Shown: positions 38,945-47,897, counted from the first letter of the stretch. The stretch is 64,000 bases of DNA from Gemmatimonadales bacterium (GCA_965249575.1 OZ252244.1:3520001-3584000); one strand, 5' to 3'. The notes: generated by a model from the sequence alone, not told the origin. Numbers and translations: made by a program.

Positions 38945-40354
38945 ATGCAAAGCAAGTTCGCGACGGCGTTCACCTCGGCGGCGGCGCTAGTGGGGTTGCT
39001 TGCCAGCGCGGCGAGCTCAAGCGCTCAGCACCCGCCGGGAGAGCAGGGGAGTACCAACGTGCACATCGTCGCGCACCTCCCGTTGGGCGGACCGTTCACC
39101 GTGAGCGATGTCGAGATCGAGCAGGAGCTGTCCAGGCCGTTTGCCTACGTGGCCCGGATGCATGGGTCGAGTCATGTGGCCGGGGTGACCGTTCTCGATC
39201 TCAAGGATCCAGAGCGAGCGTCCTCGCTGTACTCATGGACCATCGAGGAGCCCGAGCTGCATCGTGGCATGGGCGGCATGGACAACAAGTACTTCAAGCT
39301 GAGCGGCCGCTACTATGACGTGCAATCGTTCCAGTGGATGCAGGGCGGCCCGAACGCCGACCTCGGCGCGGTAGTCTTCGACGTCACCGGTCTCCCCGAT
39401 GCGTCGCAAGTGCGGGAGGTCGGCCGGATTCGTGAGCGCACCACTGGGGAAGGGTTCATGGGGATCGGCGGGTTCCACAACATCTTTGCCTACAAGCATT
39501 CGGACGGCCGTGTGTTGCTGTTCACGACCGTATGGGCCAAGCCGCACGCGAATATCTACGACATGGAGCAGTTGCTGTCCGGCGGCGATAACTACGGACT
39601 CGTGGGGCGCGTGCCGATCCCCGAAAACCCGGGTGTCCAGGTCGGAATCGGCTACCACGACATCTACGTAGGATACGAGCCGGCGACCCGCCAGGATCGG
39701 TACTATGGTGGCGGGGCCGGCGGGTATTACATCTTCGACGTAACCCGCACTGACGCCCCCAAGCTCCTGACCTCCATCACCGGGGTCGCCGGCGTCAGGA
39801 GTGGACACACGTTCACACCGACGCCCGATGGTCGGTATGTCGTAGCGGAGACTGAGTACCAGTATGCTCCGCTCAGAATCTTCGATCTCAAGCCCGGCCT
39901 CGACGGGGAAGTCCAGAACATCTCGAGACCCATCGGCGCGTGGACCGCCCGGTGGCAGGGCCTACCGCACAATCACGAGGTGCGTTGGCCGTACGTGTTC
40001 GTCTCTGCTTACGAGGATGGGCTCCACATTTTCAACATGATGGATCCGACGAATCCGTACACGGTGGCGTATTACGACAGCTACGACGGGCCGCACCAGC
40101 GCGGCTGGGGAGGCGTCGACTCCCCGGAGACGGGGACGGGCGTTACGAGCGGTGCGTTTGGGGTGGACGTTCGGAACGCGGACGGGCTCATCGTACTGAG
40201 CGATTTCCACACCGGTTTCTGGGCGTTCAAGATGGATGGCTTCGACGGCTGGAACGGCCACCAGTGGGGGATGCCCAACGTATCCTCAGCCCAGGATTGG
40301 GATAACGGACCCGAGGGAGCGCCGGCCCCTGCACGGGTAAGCGCGCGCGAGTGA
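38945..40354 (+). CDS. Secreted beta-propeller paralog 6
   Basis: GGAGG RBS before ATG 38945; signal peptide ending SSA-Q; GGFHN, YHD, GHT, PHNHE. Confidence 0.72.
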   Translation: MQSKFATAFTSAAALVGLLASAASSSAQHPPGEQGSTNVHIVAHLPLGGPFTVSDVEIEQELSRPFAYVARMHGSSHVAGVTVLDLKDPERASSLYSWTIEEPELHRGMGGMDNKYFKLSGRYYDVQSFQWMQGGPNADLGAVVFDVTGLPDASQVREVGRIRERTTGEGFMGIGGFHNIFAYKHSDGRVLLFTTVWAKPHANIYDMEQLLSGGDNYGLVGRVPIPENPGVQVGIGYHDIYVGYEPATRQDRYYGGGAGGYYIFDVTRTDAPKLLTSITGVAGVRSGHTFTPTPDGRYVVAETEYQYAPLRIFDLKPGLDGEVQNISRPIGAWTARWQGLPHNHEVRWPYVFVSAYEDGLHIFNMMDPTNPYTVAYYDSYDGPHQRGWGGVDSPETGTGVTSGAFGVDVRNADGLIVLSDFHTGFWAFKMDGFDGWNGHQWGMPNVSSAQDWDNGPEGAPAPARVSARE

Positions 40355-40476
40355 GGAGGGCCCTCCGACCCAACTAGCAGTGAGCAGGCCGACCGGCCCG
40401 CCCGTGACGTTGGACGGTGGGGGTGGGTCTGCTCACTCCTTACTCGGTGGGGAAGGGAGTGGAGAGACTCCTCACT
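40350..40476. repeat. Nested inverted repeats between convergent genes
   Basis: AGTGAGGAG/CTCCTCACT outer arms and AGTGAGCAGGCC/GGTCTGCTCACT inner arms. Confidence 0.55.
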
Positions 40477-40511
40477 GGGTGGGGTGGTTTTGAGGAGTGG
40501 GGGCGCCGCGC

Positions 40512-42263
40512 CTAGTTCACCTCAAACTGCATCATCATCCCGGCTTCCAGGTGCTCGGCGATGTGGCAATGGAGCATCCATGTGCCGGGGTTCGAGTTCT
40601 CCACCAGGATGTCGACGGTGCCGCCAACCGGCAGGAGCTCCGTGTCTTTCCACGCCATGTTGTTTACCGGAACGCCGTTTCGCGCGATCGTCAGGAAGCG
40701 CTGGCCATGCAGGTGGATAGGATGGTTCATTGGGTGGAATGCTTCGGCATCGTTCACGAGCCGGATTTTCGTAACCGTTCCCCGCTCGAAATTCCAGTCG
40801 ATGTCCATGTTCTCGGCACCGGTCGCAGGATCGCGCAGAATCCAGCGGACCTCCTTGGAGGTCGCGATCCAGTTCATGTCCGACATCGTGTCCGTCCACT
40901 CGACCGGCGCACGGTAGGTCGTATCGATCGAGATGAAGTGCATCACGATGATCGGCAGGTCCTGGATGTCGACCGTGAGGAGGAGCTCGTGGTCTGGCGG
41001 CCGGTCGAACTCGGCTCGGTACCCATCGATGTCCTGCGTCACGTCTTGGTTCTCTCGCAACGTGGCAAAAGAGGACGTATGGTCCTCGTCGGCCGGCTCT
41101 GAGCCGACCATCACCATGCCCATGGTGTCTACGGCGAGGTAGAACTCACCCAGCATGTGATCCAGTGGCTGGACCGAGTTCAGCAGATGGTGGGTCCCCT
41201 CCTCGCCAAAGTGCACTTCGACGACGTAGCGCTGGGCTGGCGCGATCACGATGCTCTCGACCATCGTCTCCCGCTCGAATTTGCCCACGTCCGCGGCTAC
41301 GAGTTTGATCGGGGCATCCCCGAACGACAGGTTGTAGGTCCGCGCGTTGGCGACGTTGGTGATGTAGAAGCGGACGACCTCGCCCTTACGGGCCATCAGA
41401 TGGTACTGGGGTTCACCATTGACCAGGAGGTGATTCCCGAACCGGCCCATGATGACGAAGTCGGCGTTCTCCTTCCCATAGGGGATCAGGGTATCGCCGT
41501 CCATTAAGAGGTCGTCGAGCACCAGGAATTCTTCGCGGTTCACAGGGCTGTAGTAATCTGGATCGGTGGGGTCGACCATCAGGTTCCCATAAAGACCCAT
41601 GTCCTGCTGAATGTCCTCACGCATGTGCGGGTGGTACCAGTAGATGCCCGCGTCCGGGAAGCGAATCGTATACCAGAACGTTTCGCCGGGTTTCACCGGG
41701 GGTTGGGTCACGTCCGGTACTCCATCGAACCGGTTGTCGAGGCGGATACCGTGCCAATGCACTGTCGTCGGTAGTTCGATGTTGTTGGTGAATCGGACGT
41801 GAATTTCCGCTCCTTGCATCACTCGGATCAGCGGCCCGGGGTACTGGCCGTTGAAGCCGTACATGATGAAGGTCTTGTTGTGCAGCGTCCGCCGCACGAG
41901 CATGGCTTCGATGTCCAGCGTATCACCGTTACGTAGCTGAACGATCTCTCGAGGAGTTGCCTCTGGCAGCGACGATACGTCGATTCCTGCGCCAGGGAGC
42001 CACGGTGTGATCTTGGGAGTGGCGCCCATCATGCCCGGCAACATGGGCATTTTCATCATCGGGATGATCATCATCCCGCTCGGGGCGACGCCCTCTCCGT
42101 GATCCATCATCATGCCGGACATCCCCGGCATGTCCATCATGGTGGGGGTTTCCTGGGTGGATGCGGGCACAGCGGCTAGCAGCGTGAGGGCCAGCACGGC
42201 GCCAGCCGCCGCCCCGCCCCGCGCCGTGAAGAACCTGATCGAGTCTCGTCCGGTGAGCATCAC
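40512..42263 (-). CDS. Multicopper oxidase (laccase/CueO-like) with Met-rich N-terminus
   Basis: All four Cu motifs: VHWHG, WYHPH, HPIHLHG, HCHIAEHLEAGM; MMDMPGMSGMMMDH segment. Confidence 0.93.
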   Translation of the reverse strand: MMLTGRDSIRFFTARGGAAAGAVLALTLLAAVPASTQETPTMMDMPGMSGMMMDHGEGVAPSGMMIIPMMKMPMLPGMMGATPKITPWLPGAGIDVSSLPEATPREIVQLRNGDTLDIEAMLVRRTLHNKTFIMYGFNGQYPGPLIRVMQGAEIHVRFTNNIELPTTVHWHGIRLDNRFDGVPDVTQPPVKPGETFWYTIRFPDAGIYWYHPHMREDIQQDMGLYGNLMVDPTDPDYYSPVNREEFLVLDDLLMDGDTLIPYGKENADFVIMGRFGNHLLVNGEPQYHLMARKGEVVRFYITNVANARTYNLSFGDAPIKLVAADVGKFERETMVESIVIAPAQRYVVEVHFGEEGTHHLLNSVQPLDHMLGEFYLAVDTMGMVMVGSEPADEDHTSSFATLRENQDVTQDIDGYRAEFDRPPDHELLLTVDIQDLPIIVMHFISIDTTYRAPVEWTDTMSDMNWIATSKEVRWILRDPATGAENMDIDWNFERGTVTKIRLVNDAEAFHPMNHPIHLHGQRFLTIARNGVPVNNMAWKDTELLPVGGTVDILVENSNPGTWMLHCHIAEHLEAGMMMQFEVN

Positions 42264-42793
42264 CCGCCCATTCCCTCCACGCCGTAGATATCACAGCCTG
42301 CGAGCGATCGCACGCGGGCGCTGCTCGAACGGCCGACCATGAGGAGAGGTCCCGTCCACCGCGGTAGTCCCGCCGTCTCCTCGGCCGATACCATGAACAT
42401 CGTCTTGTTCCAATCCACTCGTGTCGTCACGGGGTGTTCGGCGGCGACCGGCCCGAGGTTCCGGATCCTGTCCAGGTTCGGGGTGGCCATCCAAGCCACG
42501 TACATGGTGTAAGGCCCGAAGTAAGACGGTTCCGGCAATCCTTCGACACTCATCGTCGCATCGAAAAGAGGGCGCCCGTCGGCGGTGACGGCTATCCCGA
42601 ACGGTGACGTTCCGGGCACGAGCTGTACGGTACCGGCCGCGCGCGCGAGTTTCCCGGTAGACACGAGCTCGACGACCTCGGGTGATAGGTCTGGTCCGAC
42701 GCACGCAACTCCCGTTGGGTCGACGGGGCCAGCGAGGCTTACCGGTAGGAAGCTCAGCGCGGGCAGGATGCCAGCAATGACCACGGTCTTCAT
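42260..42793 (-). CDS. Secreted hypothetical protein coupled to the multicopper oxidase
   Basis: Signal peptide; GTGA overlap with the oxidase start; SPFGIAVTADG, GLPEPS, YVAW motifs. Confidence 0.7.
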   Translation of the reverse strand: MKTVVIAGILPALSFLPVSLAGPVDPTGVACVGPDLSPEVVELVSTGKLARAAGTVQLVPGTSPFGIAVTADGRPLFDATMSVEGLPEPSYFGPYTMYVAWMATPNLDRIRNLGPVAAEHPVTTRVDWNKTMFMVSAEETAGLPRWTGPLLMVGRSSSARVRSLAGCDIYGVEGMGG

Positions 42794-42995
42794 CGTGGTT
42801 CCCTCACGAGGTGAGTGTTACAGAGTCAACGACTGTTGTAAGGTGGCTGTCGCCCGGCCCGAGGTCAACGTCTCCTGCACCGCCGTCCGGTCGTGGCCGG
42901 GGCGCCCGAGGGCCGCGGAGCAACTTGACCCCTTGCGTGTTCTGAACCACTTTCGCAACTGGAGATCGGACCTGACAATTTATCCGGAGAGCCGC

Positions 42996-44369
42996 ATGCA
43001 ATACCCCCGCACTGGTCTATCGTTCCTCGCGCTGATCGTAGGTGGTATCGCGTATTCCGCCGAAGCGCAGGTGCCGCTCGGTGAAGTCGGTAGCAGCAAC
43101 CTGAAGATTGTTTCCCACGTCCCGTTGGGGCGCATGTTCACGGTAGCCGATATCGAGATCGAGCAGGAGCTCGGCCGGCCGTTTGTGTATGTGCCGAGGA
43201 TGCACGGTATCACGAAATCGACCGGGTTCAGCGTGCTTAGCGTGAAGGATCCGGCCGATCCGAGCCTGCTCTATACGTGGAACATCGAGAACCCGGAGCT
43301 GATACGCGCCTACGGGGGGTTGGACGGGAAATATTTCAAGCTCCAGGATCGCTACTACTATATCCAGTCCTTCCAGATCGCGGCCGGCAGTCAGAATCAT
43401 GATCTGGGTGCAATCGTTTTCGACGTCACTGGTCTGCCCGACGCGTCGACGATCAAGGAGGCGGGCCGCATTCGAACGCCCGACTTCCCGGGCGGGTTTC
43501 ACAACATCTTTGCGTACAAGCATTCCGACGGGCGGGTGCTCCTGTTGTCCACCAGCCGGGGAGCGCACGCGAACGTGTTCGACATGGCGCAATTCCTGGC
43601 GGGTGAGGGGCAGGGCAGCCTGATCGCTCGCATCCCGATCCCGGATGCGCCTCCAATGGGCGGCGGCAGCTATCACGACATGTACGCCGGATACGATCCG
43701 GCGACCCGCCAAGACAAGTTCTACGGAGCGGCGTGGAACTCGGGCTATTACATCTTCGACATCAGCCAGCCGGACCAGCCAAGCCTCATTACCTCGATCA
43801 CGGGGGTAGCGGGTGGGGCCAGCCAGCACACCTTCACGCCGACTCCTGACGGCCGGTACGTCGTCGCCGAGATGGAATACCAGTACGCGCCGCTGCGGAT
43901 CTTTGATCTCAAACCGGGCCTCGACGGGGAGGTCACGACCGTCTCACGGCCGATCGGCGCCTGGACCGCGCGGTGGCAGGGTCTTCCACACAATCACGAA
44001 GTCCGCTGGCCCTACGTGTTCGTCTCCGGATACGAGGATGGGCTGCACGTCTTCAACATGATGGATCCGACCAATCCATACACCGTGGCGTACTACGACA
44101 CCTACGGTGGGCCGAACCAGCGCGGCTGGGGCGGGGTGGACGATCCGGAGGCCGGCCGTGGCAACGCGAATGGCTCCTTCGGCGTGGACGTGCGAAACGC
44201 GGACGGGCTGATCGTCACGAGCGACATGACCACCGGGTTCTGGGCGTTCAAGCTGGATGGATTCAATGGCTGGAACGGCCATCAATGGGGTATGCCGAAC
44301 ATCTCGAGCGTCCAGGACTGGGACAACGGCCCAGAGGGCGCCCCGGCACCGGTACGAGTGAGCGACTGA
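42996..44369 (+). CDS. Secreted beta-propeller paralog 7
   Basis: GGAG RBS before ATG 42996; signal peptide ending AEA-Q; GGFHN, YHD, QHT, PHNHE. Confidence 0.72.
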   Translation: MQYPRTGLSFLALIVGGIAYSAEAQVPLGEVGSSNLKIVSHVPLGRMFTVADIEIEQELGRPFVYVPRMHGITKSTGFSVLSVKDPADPSLLYTWNIENPELIRAYGGLDGKYFKLQDRYYYIQSFQIAAGSQNHDLGAIVFDVTGLPDASTIKEAGRIRTPDFPGGFHNIFAYKHSDGRVLLLSTSRGAHANVFDMAQFLAGEGQGSLIARIPIPDAPPMGGGSYHDMYAGYDPATRQDKFYGAAWNSGYYIFDISQPDQPSLITSITGVAGGASQHTFTPTPDGRYVVAEMEYQYAPLRIFDLKPGLDGEVTTVSRPIGAWTARWQGLPHNHEVRWPYVFVSGYEDGLHVFNMMDPTNPYTVAYYDTYGGPNQRGWGGVDDPEAGRGNANGSFGVDVRNADGLIVTSDMTTGFWAFKLDGFNGWNGHQWGMPNISSVQDWDNGPEGAPAPVRVSD

Positions 44370-44394
44370 TTAGCGACTGATTGAGGAATGGGAA

Positions 44395-44420
44395 CGGGAG
44401 GGCGCCGCGGCGCCCTCCCG
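44395..44420. terminator. Perfect GC-rich palindrome between convergent genes
   Basis: CGGGAGGGCGCCG/CGGCGCCCTCCCG; no clear U tract. Confidence 0.5.
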
Positions 44421-44437
44421 CTCGCTGAGCGACCTAC

Positions 44438-46396
44438 CTACCGCCGTAGCGTGGCGTCGACCGGTGCCGGACCGACGTCGTCCTTCAGGTATTGATCGAA
44501 GAACCCCAGGATGTCGAGTGACATCCGGTGGTAGTTCTCGGGGACGCGAACGTAGTAGCTGACGTCCGGGTACGTCTTGTACCGGACGACCTTGAATTCC
44601 TTCTCCAATGCCAGCGCGAACTCCGCCGACGCCCGAATCGGTACCCGGCCCGGGCGCCACGATACGACGTCGCCGGTCCCGTGCACGAGGAAAACGGGCG
44701 TAGTCACGTCCTTGACGGAGAAGATGGCCGAGTTGCGCCGGTAGACGGCGGCGCTGTCAGGATATGGCCCCCACTCGTACGCCAAGAGCTTCGTGTGCTG
44801 CAGCTCGGCGTTGTATTCCTGAAAGCTGATCCAGTCGGCGTAGCCGGACTGCGGAGCCGAGGCCTGGAACACGCCGGGTGCGTGAGCCACGGCCCCCATG
44901 CTGGTGATCCCCCCGTAGCTGGATCCCGTGATGCCAAGCTTCTCGGGGTTGACGTGGGGGAGACTCTTGAGGTATTCGGCGCCGGCGACTACGTCGCGCA
45001 TGTCGCAGCGGGTCCAGCAGGGGTTGTTCGCGTCCTCGAAGGTTTTTCCGAACCCGGAGCTGCCCCGGATATTGGGCATCAAGACCACGTAGCCCTGCTG
45101 GGCGAAGAGCTGAGGCTGCGTCGCATAGGTGTCGTTGAACTGCGAGGTCGGACCGCCGTGGGCGAACACGATTCCCGGGAGTCGCGCACCGGTACGAATG
45201 GTCGCGGGCTTGTAGAGGTAGGCGGAGATCGTGAACTCGTCGCTCCGGTAGGTCACCTTCTCGGGTGTGAGCAGTGATTGAGACAGTCCCTCGGACACCG
45301 AATGGGTGAGGCGACGCGGCGTGCCACCCCCGACGGGAACGACGTAGAGGTCAGAAGGCTCGGTTGGCGTTCCGAGCGTGTAGGTCAAGCGCTTCCCTCC
45401 CGGTGACCAGGCGGGGGAGGCTGCCACACCAAGACTGACGGGGACGACGACCTGCGGGCTGCCGCCTGACGCGGGTACGACGCGAACGTCGTGCGTGCCG
45501 TTGCGATTCGAGACGTACGCGATGTGCTGTCCATCGGGCGACCAGCGGGCATCACTCTGGTCGGCGTCTTCCGGTGCCACCTGTTCCGGCTCGCCTCCGG
45601 CGAGCGGGACGGTCCAGTAGTTGATCCACCCGCTCCGGTGAGATCTGAACAACACGGAGTTCCCGTCAGGCGAGACCCGGGCGTATCCGAACTTGCTTCG
45701 CGTCCCGAGAGTGCCGTAGTCAAAGAGATCCTTGTCGTTCGTGACGACCCGCTTGTCGCCGCCTGCGGCCGACATGATGACCACGTCATGATCCGCCCAC
45801 CGGTCATCGGGTTGCACGTAGACGATCTGTCGCGAGTCCGGTGTCCACGTCGGGTAAAGCTCGTAGGCGGCGTCACTGGTCAATCGGTGGACGTCTCCGG
45901 AGGACACCGAGACCTTCCAAACGTCGAAATTACCGTATCGTAGTGCGGAGAAGGCGATCCACTGGCCATCGGGGGACCACGTGAAGGCGTTGATACGGGC
46001 GCCGAGATTGGTCAGTTGCGCTTCCCCGTTGCCGGGCAGCGACCAGAGCCAGAGCTCAGGGGAGCCGCTCTTGGTCGAGATGTAGGCGATCGATTCGCCG
46101 CTAGGGGAAACCTTGGGAGTCTGAGCGGAGAGGCGACCCGTGACGGGGCGGGGGGCCCCTCGCTCGGGATTGACGCTCCAGATACTCGCCGTGCCGAGTG
46201 TCGATGCGAAGTAGATCTGGGTGCCGTCGGGACTCCACTGTGGTGCTGCGCCTCCGACCATCGACCGCACGGAGACGAGCTTGGTTGCCAGTGCGTCCCG
46301 TGATGTGACGACGTCCTGTGCCAGGATCCCGGTTGATGGGACGGACACGAGGAGGGCCGCAAGGGCCGCTGCGAGCTGCCGCCGGTCTGCTGTCAT
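44438..46396 (-). CDS. S9 family (prolyl oligopeptidase-like) protein with TolB/PD40 propeller
   Basis: Signal peptide; repeated WSPDG; HGGP, PNIRGSSGFG, nucleophile GSSYGG, VHGTGD. Confidence 0.88.
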   Translation of the reverse strand: MTADRRQLAAALAALLVSVPSTGILAQDVVTSRDALATKLVSVRSMVGGAAPQWSPDGTQIYFASTLGTASIWSVNPERGAPRPVTGRLSAQTPKVSPSGESIAYISTKSGSPELWLWSLPGNGEAQLTNLGARINAFTWSPDGQWIAFSALRYGNFDVWKVSVSSGDVHRLTSDAAYELYPTWTPDSRQIVYVQPDDRWADHDVVIMSAAGGDKRVVTNDKDLFDYGTLGTRSKFGYARVSPDGNSVLFRSHRSGWINYWTVPLAGGEPEQVAPEDADQSDARWSPDGQHIAYVSNRNGTHDVRVVPASGGSPQVVVPVSLGVAASPAWSPGGKRLTYTLGTPTEPSDLYVVPVGGGTPRRLTHSVSEGLSQSLLTPEKVTYRSDEFTISAYLYKPATIRTGARLPGIVFAHGGPTSQFNDTYATQPQLFAQQGYVVLMPNIRGSSGFGKTFEDANNPCWTRCDMRDVVAGAEYLKSLPHVNPEKLGITGSSYGGITSMGAVAHAPGVFQASAPQSGYADWISFQEYNAELQHTKLLAYEWGPYPDSAAVYRRNSAIFSVKDVTTPVFLVHGTGDVVSWRPGRVPIRASAEFALALEKEFKVVRYKTYPDVSYYVRVPENYHRMSLDILGFFDQYLKDDVGPAPVDATLRR

Positions 46397-46629
46397 GGCT
46401 GTCTCCCGTTTTCGAATGCGATGGCCCTGGCGACGTTCCGCCGTCTAACGCCCAATTTGCGAGCGCGAGGCCTTTGAGCCGGTTAGGAGCGCTGAGACGG
46501 CACTGCGTGACGGAATCGTGGGCCAACTCCGAATGTGAGTGGGAGCTTCCGGACCGTCAAGCGAGATCGTGTGCCCAGTGCCTACCAGCCGGCGCGGCGT
46601 ATCGACTCCGGGATTACATTCGAACGCCA

Positions 46630-47406
46630 ATGGTACTCAGCCTCCTCAGCCTGTTTGGCATCGGTCTCTTCGCGGGCGGCCTCGGCGCGCTGCTCGGTGT
46701 CGGCGGTGGGGTGTTCGTCGTCCCGGCTCTGTCCCTGCTGTTGGACATCCCGCTCCGCAACGCCGTGGCCGCGAGCCTGCTCTGCGTGGTGGCGACGTCC
46801 GTCGCAAGCTCGATCGTGAATCTGCGTCGGGGCCGAGTAGATGTCCCGTTGGCTGTCGAGCTGCAAGTCTACACGGTGTGCGGCGCCGTGGCGGCGGGCC
46901 TGCTGGCGGCGGCCATCCCCCCCGGACCGATTTACCTGGCCTTCGCGGCACTCGTAGTATTTACCGCGTGGCAGATGTGGCCCCGTCCCGCCCGCACAAA
47001 CCGAATGGACACGCCCCTGTCGTCGGCGTCGATGCGGGCGCGACGACGCGCTGCCAGTGGGATGGCAGTGGGGGCGGGGGTGGTGTCCGGGCTCCTGGGT
47101 GTCGGGGGTGGGCTCATTAACACCCCCGTCATACACCTCCTCTTGCAACGGCCGTTCGCACGTGCCGCCGCCACCAGTGCGTACATGATCGGCCTCACCG
47201 CCGCGGCGAGCGCGCTGGTCTACCTCGCGCGCGGGGATGTTCTCCCGGGCATTACTGGGGCGACCGTGCTCGGCACACTGGCAGGCGCGGGGGTGGCATC
47301 GCTGATCGGGCACCGTATCGATCAGCGCGGGCTCAAGATCACCTTTACTCTGCTCCTGATCTACGTCGCAATCGCAATGGCCGGCCGTGGAATCGATCAA
47401 TTCTGA
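46630..47406 (+). CDS. Sulfite exporter TauE/SafE family membrane protein
   Basis: Duplicated GALLGVGGG / SGLLGVGGG motifs, AVAASL, AAATS. Start moved to ATG 46630. Confidence 0.85.
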   Translation: MVLSLLSLFGIGLFAGGLGALLGVGGGVFVVPALSLLLDIPLRNAVAASLLCVVATSVASSIVNLRRGRVDVPLAVELQVYTVCGAVAAGLLAAAIPPGPIYLAFAALVVFTAWQMWPRPARTNRMDTPLSSASMRARRRAASGMAVGAGVVSGLLGVGGGLINTPVIHLLLQRPFARAAATSAYMIGLTAAASALVYLARGDVLPGITGATVLGTLAGAGVASLIGHRIDQRGLKITFTLLLIYVAIAMAGRGIDQF

Positions 47407-47728
47407 GACGGAGGCATCGACTCTGCCCGGTCGCGCCGCGGCTCGCACGCTGGCGGCACTGGCGATCTTCGCTGTCGCCACGCTGGTGGTGGCGCTCATC
47501 CTGGTCGGTATGGATCGAGAGGCAGAGGCGGCCGGCGATCTGACCCAGCTCCCGGCGGCGAGGGCCCCCCGGCTGCTCATGGGCATAGGGGAGTTCGCGC
47601 TCGCCATCGCACCGGTGGCGGCGATGGCCCAAATAGGAGTTGCTTCTCTGCGGAGTCGACCCCGCCTGGGTGTTCTCGCGCTGGCCGGCGTGGCAATTAC
47701 GCTGTTGGGGGTCCTGATCGCTCGTTAG
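47387..47728 (+). CDS. Small membrane protein (three hydrophobic segments) following the TauE gene
   Basis: Overlaps the TauE stop; hydrophobic helices; no motif recognised with confidence. Confidence 0.55.
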   Translation: MESINSETEASTLPGRAAARTLAALAIFAVATLVVALILVGMDREAEAAGDLTQLPAARAPRLLMGIGEFALAIAPVAAMAQIGVASLRSRPRLGVLALAGVAITLLGVLIAR

Positions 47729-47897
47729 CTGGGGCGAGGGCTCGTTGATGGTCAGACGGCCGCCCCGTACATTCCAGTACTCGGAGGGAACGACACACTG
47801 GGCAGGTCGTTGCGGTTGAAGGCTCGCACGCGTGTGGCAAGCCCGTGTCGGTCACTGGGCTTGATGGGCGGCTTTCACGCATCGCCGGCGAGCCGCC

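Noticed and set aside
19377..44369. Diversity-generating retroelement or CRISPR-like explanation for the repeated sequences
   Set aside because: The repeats are whole paralogous genes with synonymous divergence; there is no reverse transcriptase, no adenine-specific template/variable pair, and no repeat-spacer periodicity.
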